The notes: a model not told the origin generated them from the letters alone. A DNA stretch of 64,000 nt from Pseudomonadota bacterium (GCA_043821645.1 JBDRCO010000037.1:128001-192000); one strand, 5' to 3'; shown: positions 1 through 9,568, numbered from the stretch's first letter. Made by a program: numbers and translations.

Positions 1-2
1 AG

Positions 3-1547
3 ATCATCGAGCAAGGGCTGCGCGATCAGCTCAACCTTGACCGGGTCCTCGCTCTGCTGTTCCCGCTCCTGGGCTCGCACCTGCAGGCCTGCCGGGCCTG
101 GGTGCGGACCTTCGACGACAACCTCAAGCGCAAGGACTTCTACTGGAGCGAGGACGACGACCTGCTGTGGCCCGTGGACCTGTCCCATCTCGAGGAGCGC
201 ACCCGGGGAGGGGAACATGTCGCCGAGGTGGTCGACGGCCATAGCGTGGTGGCCTGCAAGATCGACGTCGCAGGAGAGGACTTTGGCACTGCGGCGTTGT
301 GCGTCGCTGAGCCACTCGACGGGCCCGAGCTGGAGCAGCGTGCCCGGCTGCTCACGGTCTGGTGCGAGCAGCTCGACAATCACCTGGCCTCCATCGCCCA
401 GGCCAGGCGCAAGCACCACGCGGTGACCGCCCTTTCCGAAGCCCTGCGCGATACCGTGCTCAGCGATGGCATCGAGAAGGCCCTGGCGGTGCTCGCCGAG
501 CACGTCCGATACGATCACCTGCTCCTGGTGTATCGACACGACGAGGACAGCGAGGGTGGCACCGCTGCCTACTGGATCGTCAAGGACCGAAAGCTCATCT
601 ACGACTCCCGTGGCCAGACGGACCCCGAGGTCGACGCTTTCATGCGAACTCACGCCATGCGCCTGCTCCTCCACGACGAGACCAACGCCGTGGCGGCCCG
701 CTTCGGGCTGGGTACGTTTCGCGAGGAGGTGATGATCAACGGGGTCAAGGATACGCGCATCGTCGGTCGTGTGCTGGTCAGCAACCGCAGCGGCAGTGAC
801 TTCAGCACCATCGAGCGCGACCTGCTCGAGCGCTTTGCCGATTTTCTACGGCAGCGCATTGTCGACTTCAACCGCGAGTGGCGCCACCTGTCCCTTGCCT
901 TTCCGCGCACGACCGTGAGCCGATTGCTCAACGAGGACAACTACGTCGAGCGTTACCTGCGGCCCCGGGAACGCGACGTCGCCATCATGTACTGTGACAT
1001 CTCGGGCTTCACCCGGGTCAGCGAGCAGGTGCTGCGGACGCCAGCGCTCATCGGCACGCTGGTGGACACCTGGAGCAACCACGTTGTCGAGATGATCTGG
1101 GGCAGCGACGGTGTGTTCGACAAGATGGTCGGCGACTGTATCATCGGCTTGTGGGGCCCCCCCTTCTTCGAGATGAGCCCCCAGGAGGCTTGCCGCCGGG
1201 CCGCACTGGCTGCGATCGAGGTGCGTGCTTTCACGCGATCGCTGACCCAAAGTGAGCTACTCCCGCAGCTGCGTGAGCTGGACCAGCCCCTGACTGTGTC
1301 CACGGGGCTCAACTACTGCCCGCTGTTCGTGGGCCTGTTTGGCCCCAACGAGAACTACACCGGCTTCGCCTCGGGCATGAACAACGCAGCCCGGCTGCAG
1401 GGCGTGGCCGCGCGGGACGAGATTCTGTGCATGGACAACATGTGCCAGGTGCTCGGTTCCCGCGGGGAGTTTTCCGAGGAGAAGGCAGCGCAGGTCAAGA
1501 ACGTGGCTGAACCCTTGCGCTTCCGGAGTCTACTCGGTGTGCACTGA
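3..1547 (+). CDS. Class III adenylate/guanylate cyclase with N-terminal GAF-like regions (5' end outside window)
   Basis: Frame open from base 3. Motifs VAIMYCDISGFT, DKMVGDCI and YTGFASGMNNAARLQ; the K/T specificity pair suggests adenylate cyclase. Confidence 0.9.
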   Translation: MIEQGLRDQLNLDRVLALLFPLLGSHLQACRAWVRTFDDNLKRKDFYWSEDDDLLWPVDLSHLEERTRGGEHVAEVVDGHSVVACKIDVAGEDFGTAALCVAEPLDGPELEQRARLLTVWCEQLDNHLASIAQARRKHHAVTALSEALRDTVLSDGIEKALAVLAEHVRYDHLLLVYRHDEDSEGGTAAYWIVKDRKLIYDSRGQTDPEVDAFMRTHAMRLLLHDETNAVAARFGLGTFREEVMINGVKDTRIVGRVLVSNRSGSDFSTIERDLLERFADFLRQRIVDFNREWRHLSLAFPRTTVSRLLNEDNYVERYLRPRERDVAIMYCDISGFTRVSEQVLRTPALIGTLVDTWSNHVVEMIWGSDGVFDKMVGDCIIGLWGPPFFEMSPQEACRRAALAAIEVRAFTRSLTQSELLPQLRELDQPLTVSTGLNYCPLFVGLFGPNENYTGFASGMNNAARLQGVAARDEILCMDNMCQVLGSRGEFSEEKAAQVKNVAEPLRFRSLLGVH

Positions 1548-1606
1548 AACGTGCACGTCGTTACAGAGACGCTGCTGGGAGTTCCTGCGGTGGAGGAGTC
1601 GGCCTC

Positions 1607-2590
1607 GTGCTCGAGCCCGGTGACATCCAGCGATTGTGCCAGGCCAGCCATGCCGCCACCCGGCCGCTGACGATTCGCGTGCATCCGGGGGCTGAGTCCC
1701 CTCTCGCAGCCCATTTCGCCGGCATCGCCCGGCAGCTGGCAGCTGTCTGCCCGCAGCAGGTCCTGGTGCGCGAGGGGGCTGCGGAGGTGGTGGCGGGCAC
1801 GCCAGCCCTGGTGGTCACGGTCGATGGTCTGCAGGTGACCTACTTGGCGGCCATCGAAGGTCCCGAGAAGGCTCCCTTCGTGGAGTTGCTCGAGCGCCTT
1901 GTCGCGGGTGAACCAGGCCCTTCGCCGGCCGGGGCGGACAGCACGGATAGGCCACAGCTCATCGTCTTCGTCGCGGCGGCCTGCCACCACTGCCCCAGGG
2001 CTGTTCGCGCCGCTCTCGCCGTGGCGCTCGACGATCCGCGAGTTGTGGTGAGTGTCGTCGACAGCCAGCTCTTCCCTGAACTGGCCCGGCGCTACGGCGT
2101 GCGCTCCGTGCCCAGCACCGTGGTTGATGGAGGCCTGGTCCTGATCGGTGAGCTCGACGCCGCAGACCTGCACCGCGTGCTGTCCGGACGTGGCACGCCA
2201 GGGCATCGCACGGCACTGCTTCGCTCCCTGGCCGAGAGCGGTCGCTTCGACGAGGCCCGGGAAATGCTGGCCGGAACGGATGGAGCCGTACACTTCGTGT
2301 CCCTGTGGCAGCAAAGCACCACGAGCCTGCGCATCGCCCTGCTCCTGGCTGCCGAGAAGGCCCTGGACCGCGATTTCTCGGTGCTGGATCCCTGCGTCGG
2401 GGGTTTGCTGCAGCTCCTGGGTAGTGCCGATCGGGCCCTGCGAGGAGATACCGTGGACCTCCTGGGGCGCATCGGCAGCGACAGCGCCCTGGTCGGCTTG
2501 CGTCCGCTCCTCGACGATCCGGATCCTGACGTCGCCGAGATGGTGGCGGAGTTTCTGGCCACGGACGGTCGACGCCGACAGCCTTCGTAA
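1607..2590 (+). CDS. Thioredoxin-fold protein (AhpF-NTD/PDO-like) with C-terminal HEAT-like repeats
   Basis: CHHC redox motif, cis-Pro loop GVRSVP, HEAT-like tail (LRGDTVDLLGRIG...LLDDPDPDVAE). Confidence 0.75.
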   Translation: MLEPGDIQRLCQASHAATRPLTIRVHPGAESPLAAHFAGIARQLAAVCPQQVLVREGAAEVVAGTPALVVTVDGLQVTYLAAIEGPEKAPFVELLERLVAGEPGPSPAGADSTDRPQLIVFVAAACHHCPRAVRAALAVALDDPRVVVSVVDSQLFPELARRYGVRSVPSTVVDGGLVLIGELDAADLHRVLSGRGTPGHRTALLRSLAESGRFDEAREMLAGTDGAVHFVSLWQQSTTSLRIALLLAAEKALDRDFSVLDPCVGGLLQLLGSADRALRGDTVDLLGRIGSDSALVGLRPLLDDPDPDVAEMVAEFLATDGRRRQPS

Positions 2591-2696
2591 TGGGACGCTC
2601 CCCCAGCCCGGGGCGACGCGTGCAGACAGGAGTCCCGCACAGTGGCCACGTGATCGAATCGATACCACAAGGCACAGAGGCCAAGCTGTACACCTG

Positions 2697-2705
2697 TGCG
2701 ATAAT
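2697..2705 (+). promoter_or_regulatory. Possible extended -10 element (TGcGATAAT) giving a leaderless transcript
   Basis: Ends 6 nt before GTG 2712; no clear Shine-Dalgarno. Confidence 0.35.
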
Positions 2706-2711
2706 GGGGGT

Positions 2712-3989
2712 GTGACCAGGATTCAACCACGACCGACCTCGGCAATGCCTCGGACCCCGCGTCCGCTCCCTCGACCGTCGTCCATGGTGGAGGACCCGGA
2801 CGCCGCGGTCGACACCCTCGAGTCCAGTCCCTCCCGCACCCAGCTCGACCCTGCCCAGCTCCAGCGCTTTGCAGGTTTTCGGTGGCGTGATGACGAGGTG
2901 GATGACGTCATGCGGCACTTCGCGGTGGGGGATGCTGCTGCACTCCTCCAGGCTGCGGTGGTCCTGGTTGATGGTGACAGGATTCTCGCGCGCAGCGAGC
3001 TGGAGGCGGCTGCGTCTCGGCTTGGTTCGGCCGTGGCCGGCGGTTGCCGGTGGTCTCCAAGCGTGCTCGCGGACGTGATGAAACATCGAGGCATTGCCTC
3101 GGAGACGGCCCTGCTGGCCCAGGCTCGCCTGATTGACGACGGGGATCGCGTGCTCGACGCGCAAGAGCTTCAGCGCGCCGCGGTCATGCTCGGGCGCGTG
3201 GTTCCGGCCAACGACGTGCGGGGAGTACACCGCCGCATCGACGAGCTGGCGTCTCTCCCAGGAGTGCAGCGTGAACATCTGGGCTCCGTCGACGACTGGC
3301 CCCTGGACGCCCTGCACCTGCCCTGCACGAGCCCACCGCCTGCGTTGCGGCTGCTTGTCACCGGCGGGGTGCATGGCAACGAACCCTGCGGGCCGTCGGC
3401 AGCCCTGCTCCTAGCAGAGTGCGTGGCCGCGAACCCGACCCTGCGCGGTCGTATCGATCTCACGGTGATACCCTTGCTCAATCCCCGCGCCCTCGACGCT
3501 GCGACGCGGCGGACACCCGAGGGGCTGGACCTCAACCGTGCCTTCCGCGACGGTCCGGATGCGCCCTCAGAGGTCCGGGCTGTGGCCGGCCTGCTCGACC
3601 AGCATACCTATGACCTGGCCCTGGACCTGCACAGTGGCAAGGCCAAGCGCAACGGATTCTGGGTGCTCCACCACGGGGCCCGGGACCTCATGGAGGCGGC
3701 CATGCGGCGCTTCGATGAGCGCTGGCCCGTGCTCAACGGCAACACCCGGCCGTATCGCATGGCCGTGCCCGGAGTGGGTGAGAGCGGCAACGACGACACC
3801 CTCAAGAACTTCGTGGCCCGTCGCGGCGTACCCGAGACGGCGACGGTCGAGGCTCCCGCGTCGGTTGGCTTCCTGGATCAGGTTCTGGGTGAGGTCGACC
3901 TGGTCCAGCACATCCTGGTGGAGGCCCTGGCTCGCCGTCCAGGCTCCGTGGTCGCTGGCGGGTCCGGAACCGCCGCCGATCACGGGTGA
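2712..3989 (+). CDS. M14 zinc carboxypeptidase / succinylglutamate desuccinylase-aspartoacylase family protein with N-terminal extension
   Basis: GGVHGNE, DLNRAF, LDLHSG and TVEAP motifs. Start moved to GTG 2712 (alternative ATG 2745) because the ORF-track start overlaps the previous gene. Confidence 0.8.
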   Translation: MTRIQPRPTSAMPRTPRPLPRPSSMVEDPDAAVDTLESSPSRTQLDPAQLQRFAGFRWRDDEVDDVMRHFAVGDAAALLQAAVVLVDGDRILARSELEAAASRLGSAVAGGCRWSPSVLADVMKHRGIASETALLAQARLIDDGDRVLDAQELQRAAVMLGRVVPANDVRGVHRRIDELASLPGVQREHLGSVDDWPLDALHLPCTSPPPALRLLVTGGVHGNEPCGPSAALLLAECVAANPTLRGRIDLTVIPLLNPRALDAATRRTPEGLDLNRAFRDGPDAPSEVRAVAGLLDQHTYDLALDLHSGKAKRNGFWVLHHGARDLMEAAMRRFDERWPVLNGNTRPYRMAVPGVGESGNDDTLKNFVARRGVPETATVEAPASVGFLDQVLGEVDLVQHILVEALARRPGSVVAGGSGTAADHG

Positions 3990-4079
3990 GCTCCATCCCT
4001 GCGACCAGAACTTCGGCGTGGCATCCTCCATCAGGTACAATGGTGTCGTTCAGCACGCCTCTGCTGAGGGAGAGATGGC

Positions 4080-5468
4080 ATGACCCGCGTTGTTCACATC
4101 CTGCTGGGCGGACTGTCGTTCGCCTGCGCCGCGTGCCCGCCGGCGACACCACCCGACGTCCCCTACCAGCCCACGAAGACCATCTGTGGCAACGACCGCA
4201 AGCAGAGCGGCGAGACCTGTGACAGGTCTGACCTTGCGGACATGACCTGCGGTCAGCTCGGCTATGGCAGCGGCGTGCTGGGGTGCAAGGCGAGCTGCAA
4301 GGATTTCGATCGCTCCGGCTGTTCGGCTCCGTCGACCTGCAGCGACGGTGTGCGCAACGGCGTCGAGATCTGCGACGGAACCGATCTGGCGGGTGCGATC
4401 TGCGAGACCCTGGGTCTCGGCCCCGGCACCCTGCGCTGCCTTCCCAATTGCGGTGATTACGACATCGCGGGCTGTGCACCGCCTCCTGACTGCGGTGACG
4501 ACGAGATCAACGGTCCTGCGGAGCTCTGTGACGGCGAGGACCTGGACCATCTGACCTGCGCGCGTCTCGGCTACGAGAGCGGGACCTTGCGCTGTGCGTC
4601 GGACTGCCTGAGCTTCGATCGGTCGGGTTGCATGGCCCCCCGCGACGCCGCGGTGGCCGACAGCACCGTTGCGGACGGGTTCCGACCGGATGCAGCGGGG
4701 CACGATCTGGGAGTCCCCGACGTCCGGATCCCGGATGTGCGTCAGCCGGATACGAGGATCCCCGACGTCAGCGTCTTCACCGACCACGCATTGCCCGACC
4801 TGGTGGCCACTCCGGACAGCGCGCTGGCGATGGATGCCTGGCATCCACCCGATGCGGGCGCGGCTGTGCTGTCCGTGTACGACATCCAGAACACGGGTTC
4901 GATCCTCCATCCGTTGGTGGAGACCTGGGTCACGGTGCAAGGCGTGATCGTCACCGCCATCGACGCCCGGGGCAACAACCTCGGCTTCTGGGTGCAGGAG
5001 CCCGGCGGCGGCCGCTACAGCGGCATCTTCGTGTACAAGCCGGACACGGATCCCTTTGATGTCACCACTTTACAACGGGGAGATGTGGTCACCGTGTCCG
5101 GTCTCTACATCGAGTACTTCGACTTGTCCGAACTCCAGATGTACAGCGTGCAGAAGACCGCGAGTGGGGCGGCACCGTACCCGGAATACCCATCCGACCT
5201 TGGCACAGACCCCGAGGCCTGGGAGGGGGTGCTGGTGCAGGTGGGGCCCGACTGCGTGGTCACCGGCTTCTATTCCTTTGGTGAGGTGCAGACCACCTGT
5301 GCCAGGCTGGACGACGAGATCAGCACCTTCGCCGTCGAGTACGGCATGTCCTTCAGCTCCATCACCGGCATCTGGAACTACAACTTCGAGACTTACAAGC
5401 TGTTGCCCCGGGACGTTCTGGACTTCGGCGCCTTCACCTATGTCGATGCCGGTGGCTTCGACCTGTAG
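4080..5468 (+). CDS. Cys-rich repeat lipoprotein with C-terminal OB-fold (nuclease-accessory-like) domain
   Basis: Lipobox-like FACAAC, three 51-aa Cys repeats, PD-rich linker, then VTVQGVIVTA...GFWVQE...SGIFVY...GDVVTVSG...EYFDLSEL. Confidence 0.75.
   Translation: MTRVVHILLGGLSFACAACPPATPPDVPYQPTKTICGNDRKQSGETCDRSDLADMTCGQLGYGSGVLGCKASCKDFDRSGCSAPSTCSDGVRNGVEICDGTDLAGAICETLGLGPGTLRCLPNCGDYDIAGCAPPPDCGDDEINGPAELCDGEDLDHLTCARLGYESGTLRCASDCLSFDRSGCMAPRDAAVADSTVADGFRPDAAGHDLGVPDVRIPDVRQPDTRIPDVSVFTDHALPDLVATPDSALAMDAWHPPDAGAAVLSVYDIQNTGSILHPLVETWVTVQGVIVTAIDARGNNLGFWVQEPGGGRYSGIFVYKPDTDPFDVTTLQRGDVVTVSGLYIEYFDLSELQMYSVQKTASGAAPYPEYPSDLGTDPEAWEGVLVQVGPDCVVTGFYSFGEVQTTCARLDDEISTFAVEYGMSFSSITGIWNYNFETYKLLPRDVLDFGAFTYVDAGGFDL
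4185..4634 (+). repeat. Three tandem 153-bp (51-aa) Cys-rich coding repeats
   Basis: Units start at 4185, 4338 and 4491 (C..D....E.CD..DL....C..LG...G.L.C...C..(F/Y)D..GC). Confidence 0.9.
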
Positions 5469-5521
5469 CCATCCCTTTCAGCTTTCTGTTCAGCAAGTGG
5501 GAAGCTCCTGGGTCTCGTCGT

Positions 5522-8500
5522 ATGATGACGGCGATGGCGCCGCGTCCGTCCTTCGTTCGCTTCGGTCGCTACCTGCTGCTGCACAGGCTGGCAGTGGGCG
5601 GTATGGCCGAGGTTTTTCTGGCCATCGATCCGAGAGCGCCGGGCGACAGGCAACTGGTCGTCATCAAGCAAATCCGCGAGGACCTGTGCAGCAATCGCGA
5701 ATTCGTCGACATGTTCATCGACGAGGTGCGCGTGATCGACAGGCTCGATCATCCGGGCATCGTCCACATGCACGAGTACGGCGTCGTCGATGGGCGGTCC
5801 TTCATCGCCCTCGAGCATGTGTGGGGCGAGTCGCTGGCGACCTTGACCAGGATCTGCGCCGACCAGCAGACACGCTTCCCCATCTCGGCCGCCCTCTACA
5901 TCGCGTCCGAGATCGCTGCGGCGCTGGACCATGCCCACACCCACCTGGACCGCGCCGGACACCTGTCGCCGGTGATCCATCGCGACGTGACGCTGGGCAA
6001 CGTGGTGGTGTCCTACCAGGGCGACGTCAAGATCCTCGACTTCGGTATTGCCAAGGCCCAGGGGCGTCTCGCCGAGACCCGGGCCGGCCATGTGAAAGGG
6101 ACCCTCGGCTACCTGGCACCCGAGCAGATCCGGGGCGAGCCCGTGGGGCCTGCCACCGACATCTACCAGCTCGGTGTGTTGCTATATCACCTGGTGGTCG
6201 GTCATCCCCCCCTGGTCGAGGCCAATGACCTCGAGCTGATGAAGGCCATCGTCAACGGACGGGTGACACCGCCATGCGAGGTCAACCCGGATTTGCCGCC
6301 AGCGGTGGAGCAGCTGCTGCTTCGCGCCATGGCTCTGAAACCCACAGAGCGCTTTCGAGGGGCCGGTGCCCTGGCAGAGATGCTGCGGCAGATGATCGCC
6401 CCGGTGTATCACGAGGCCCAGCAGCGACTCGCCTCGCTGATGTTGCGCATCACGGGCGATCGCTATCAGCGGCAGCAGGAGTTCATCCGCGGCCTGCTGG
6501 CGGGCCGGAAGGTCGAGGAGTCCGGAGGCTCCAGCCTCTTCGAGTGGGCGTTCAACGAAGCCGCACTCGAGACCTCGAGTCACGGCATGGCGGTCGAGAC
6601 CGATCACGCGTCACTCGACGCGGAATCCACGGCGGTCATGCCCAACCAACTGCTGGCCGAGCTGCACCAGGTTGATGGTCACGTGGATCCACCCGACACC
6701 ATCGTCGAGGAGTCCGGGTTTGATCTCCGCATCCAGCGCGGGTTCGTCGGGTCGAGCGAGTTTCAGCCAGGCGAGATGCGGGACGAGCAGACCGAGGATG
6801 GCGACGAGGTTCCCGAAGCCAGGCCAGGCCGCGGCCACGGCGCCGAGCCCCTGGGTGTGCCTGACCTGCACGAGATCGAGACCTTGCTGCAGGAGCCAAC
6901 GTCACCCGCTCGTGTTCCCAAGCCAGTCTCCGGAGTGTTTCGCTCTCTGGCGGGAGGCGTGGCCCCCCGGGCCGCCAGCGACGAGAGAGGCTCCGTGTTC
7001 ACCCAGCGGCGCTCCGCCGAGCAGCGGCGACGGGATCGCGACATCGCTGACGACCTCCTGACCGGTGACACCGCGATTCTGGAACCTGCAAAGCGTGCGG
7101 GATTTTCCGACGAGGCCCGCGCCCTTGAACTGGAGCTCGAGCGGGGTTTTGGCCGCGAGGAGCCACGAGCACTCGATGACGACGTGGGAGCTGCGGTCGG
7201 TGCGGCCCTGGCCGACGTGCCGGCCTCGGTGGATGATCTCCTCGACGAACCCATCCACGATCAGGTCACCAGCCCAGGTCTCCGCGACGCCGAGTCGACG
7301 GTGGTGGTACGCCAGCGCAGGGCTGCCCTTCGCGCCTTTTCCAAGGTGCGCTCGGGACCGGTGGCGATCGAGGATGCCCAGACACGCCTGCTGGAACTTG
7401 AACCTTCCCCCGATGAGATCCCGGTGGCTCCTCGGCAGGTGCCGGCGCTGGAATCCACCACGGATCCTGGGGTGCAAGAGTCTCTGGCAGAGCGGCTCAT
7501 GTCTCCTCCTGATAAGGCCGTCCTGATCGTCGATCCCAACCTGGCAGCAGCGGTGACGGCGATGGTCGAGGCTGTCGACGACCGCGAACCGGCGCAGCAA
7601 GACGACGCACAGACTCTGCACCGCGCTCCCACGGCTCCATCCGTACGGCGTCAGGTCAGGGACTGGGGATCTGACCAAGACCCTGCGGCCGTGACGGACT
7701 GGAAAACCGATGCCTCCATATCCGTCGGGCAGTTTCGCAACCGCGGAGCCCGGCTGTTTGCCATGCTGCTCCTGCTTGGTCTGCTGGCACTGGTGGCCGG
7801 GACCTTCTTGCTCAACCCCTCCCTGCTCAAGACCGTTCGACGGGCGATGGCGCGACTCAGCGGAACGCTCGACGATGGCGCTGGTTCCCCGCCCTTCGTG
7901 CCCCTGCGCAGCGACGGGGGCACGCTCTCCGCCTCGGAAGGACCCACAGGCGCCGATGCAGGATCCGCGGATTCGGCAGCAAGCGGGATGCGAGCGACGG
8001 AACGTGGCTCCATACATCTGGCAGAAGAGGTCGCCGGGCAGGCGGAGGAGGGGAACGACAGCGAGGACAGCGCAGGGGACGCCGAGGAGGAACCCGGTGT
8101 CGAGGTGGACGCCGGTCGCGCTGCGCGGTCGCCGCGCGTCGGCTCAAAGGTGCCTCCCGGAGAGCAGAACCTGGCTCGTCCTGGCAAGCACGTGCTCGGA
8201 TCTTTGCGGGTCCAAGCAGGGCCGGGTGCGCGCATCGAGTACCCCGGAGGGGGAGGGCAGGGTGAGACCACGCTCCAGGTGCTCGCCCGCAAGGCCCGGC
8301 TTCGAATCACCGTCGACGACGTGGTCCTCGACCTGCAGCACGAGGTGGTAGGGGATCAGATCAAGTTTCACGTGCGCAGCACACCGGTGCTGAGCCTCGA
8401 GTACAACGGACTCAAGATCGGTCAGACGCCCAAAGCGATGATGCTGGGCAAGCGCTTCCGCGTGTCTCTCGGGGCCGCGGAGCGCGGCACGCCCATCGTC

Positions 8501-8527
8501 GTCTCGCTGCGCTACCTCACCCCCTGA
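5522..8527 (+). CDS. Hanks-type Ser/Thr protein kinase, membrane anchored
   Basis: LAVGGMAEVF, VIKQI, HRDVTLGN, DFGIAK, GTLGYLAPEQ; long acidic linker, one TM helix, extracytoplasmic tail. Confidence 0.92.
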   Translation: MMTAMAPRPSFVRFGRYLLLHRLAVGGMAEVFLAIDPRAPGDRQLVVIKQIREDLCSNREFVDMFIDEVRVIDRLDHPGIVHMHEYGVVDGRSFIALEHVWGESLATLTRICADQQTRFPISAALYIASEIAAALDHAHTHLDRAGHLSPVIHRDVTLGNVVVSYQGDVKILDFGIAKAQGRLAETRAGHVKGTLGYLAPEQIRGEPVGPATDIYQLGVLLYHLVVGHPPLVEANDLELMKAIVNGRVTPPCEVNPDLPPAVEQLLLRAMALKPTERFRGAGALAEMLRQMIAPVYHEAQQRLASLMLRITGDRYQRQQEFIRGLLAGRKVEESGGSSLFEWAFNEAALETSSHGMAVETDHASLDAESTAVMPNQLLAELHQVDGHVDPPDTIVEESGFDLRIQRGFVGSSEFQPGEMRDEQTEDGDEVPEARPGRGHGAEPLGVPDLHEIETLLQEPTSPARVPKPVSGVFRSLAGGVAPRAASDERGSVFTQRRSAEQRRRDRDIADDLLTGDTAILEPAKRAGFSDEARALELELERGFGREEPRALDDDVGAAVGAALADVPASVDDLLDEPIHDQVTSPGLRDAESTVVVRQRRAALRAFSKVRSGPVAIEDAQTRLLELEPSPDEIPVAPRQVPALESTTDPGVQESLAERLMSPPDKAVLIVDPNLAAAVTAMVEAVDDREPAQQDDAQTLHRAPTAPSVRRQVRDWGSDQDPAAVTDWKTDASISVGQFRNRGARLFAMLLLLGLLALVAGTFLLNPSLLKTVRRAMARLSGTLDDGAGSPPFVPLRSDGGTLSASEGPTGADAGSADSAASGMRATERGSIHLAEEVAGQAEEGNDSEDSAGDAEEEPGVEVDAGRAARSPRVGSKVPPGEQNLARPGKHVLGSLRVQAGPGARIEYPGGGGQGETTLQVLARKARLRITVDDVVLDLQHEVVGDQIKFHVRSTPVLSLEYNGLKIGQTPKAMMLGKRFRVSLGAAERGTPIVVSLRYLTP

Positions 8528-8554
8528 TGCAGCGCCCGCGCCGCGCCGGGCACA

Positions 8555-8570
8555 TTGCTGCGCTGCAGCA
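8555..8570. promoter_or_regulatory. PhaR-like TGC/GCA box downstream of phaB
   Basis: TTGCTGCGCTGCAGCA; reads TGC-N3-GCAGCA on both strands. Confidence 0.45.
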
Positions 8571-8573
8571 TCA

Positions 8574-9320
8574 TCAGTGCATGTACAGGCCTCCATTGAT
8601 CGAGACATCGCTGCCGGTGATGAAGCCTGCCTGGTCGTCGGTCAAGAAGGCCACGGTACGGCCGATCTCGTCTGGCGCTCCGAGACGGCCCACCGGCACC
8701 TGGGCCACGATCTTGGCGCGCACCTCCTCGGGCATGGCCATCACCATGTCGGTGCCGATGTAGCCCGGGGACACGGTGTTGACGGTGACGCCCTTGCGCG
8801 CTCCCTCCTGGGCCAGGGCCATGGTGAAGCCGTGAATACCGGCCTTGGCCGCGGAGTAGTTGGCCTGGCCGAACTGCCCCTTCTGCCCGTTGACCGACGA
8901 GATGTTGACGATACGGCCCCAGCCACGCTCGCACATTCCTGGAAACACCTGCTTGCTCGTGTTGAAGACGCTGTCGAGGTTGGTGCGCAGCACGGCGCTC
9001 CAGTGCGCCAGGTCCATCTTCCGGAGCATCGCGTCGCGGGTGATACCCGCATTGTTCACCAGCACTTCGACCGGTCCTCGCTCGCGTTCCACGCGCGCGA
9101 CCAGGTCCTGGCAAGAGGCGAAGTCGCTCACGTCCACGGCCTCGATGGCGACGTCGATGTCCTCGGCGCGCATGCGCCGTTGCCATTCCTGGGCCTGGCT
9201 TTCCTCTGGCGGGTAGTAGGCAGCCACCACGTGGCGTCCCTGGCGAAAAAGGGCGCGGCAGATGGCCGTACCCAGTCCTCCGTTGCCCCCGGTGACGATG
9301 GCGATGCGGCGTTCGGACAT
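8574..9320 (-). CDS. phaB: Acetoacetyl-CoA reductase (PHB synthesis, SDR family)
   Basis: TGGNGGLG, NNAGITRD, NISSVNGQKGQFGQANYSAAKAG, INGGLYM; AAGGAGG RBS before ATG 9320. Confidence 0.93.
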   Translation of the reverse strand: MSERRIAIVTGGNGGLGTAICRALFRQGRHVVAAYYPPEESQAQEWQRRMRAEDIDVAIEAVDVSDFASCQDLVARVERERGPVEVLVNNAGITRDAMLRKMDLAHWSAVLRTNLDSVFNTSKQVFPGMCERGWGRIVNISSVNGQKGQFGQANYSAAKAGIHGFTMALAQEGARKGVTVNTVSPGYIGTDMVMAMPEEVRAKIVAQVPVGRLGAPDEIGRTVAFLTDDQAGFITGSDVSINGGLYMH

Positions 9321-9332
9321 GATGAGCCTCCT

Positions 9333-9344
9333 TGCAATGCAGCA
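9333..9344. promoter_or_regulatory. PhaR-like box next to the phaB RBS
   Basis: TGCAATGCAGCA. Confidence 0.55.
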
Positions 9345-9428
9345 AATAGGAAACGAGCCGTTCTGGAGTGCCGATGGTTCCCTCGACACCTCCCAGAATA
9401 TGGACCTAGGCGATAGCACTGAAAATGA

Positions 9429-9440
9429 TGCAATGCAACA
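9429..9440. promoter_or_regulatory. Second PhaR-like box upstream of phaB
   Basis: TGCAATGCAACA, 11/12 identical to the 9333 box. Confidence 0.5.
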
Positions 9441-9568
9441 ATTTGCGATCGGCGCCACTCCAGACGGGCACGGCGACCGCAACCGGGCCCGGGGACACCA
9501 CCCCCTGCTTGCGTCGAGACCGCGTCGGGGACAGCATGCCGCTTGCGGACGATCCGTAGGGAGTCCTC

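Noticed and set aside
2148-2711. N-terminal 188 aa of the 613-aa ORF
   Set aside because: Overlaps the thioredoxin gene in another frame and reads as non-coding; start moved to 2712.
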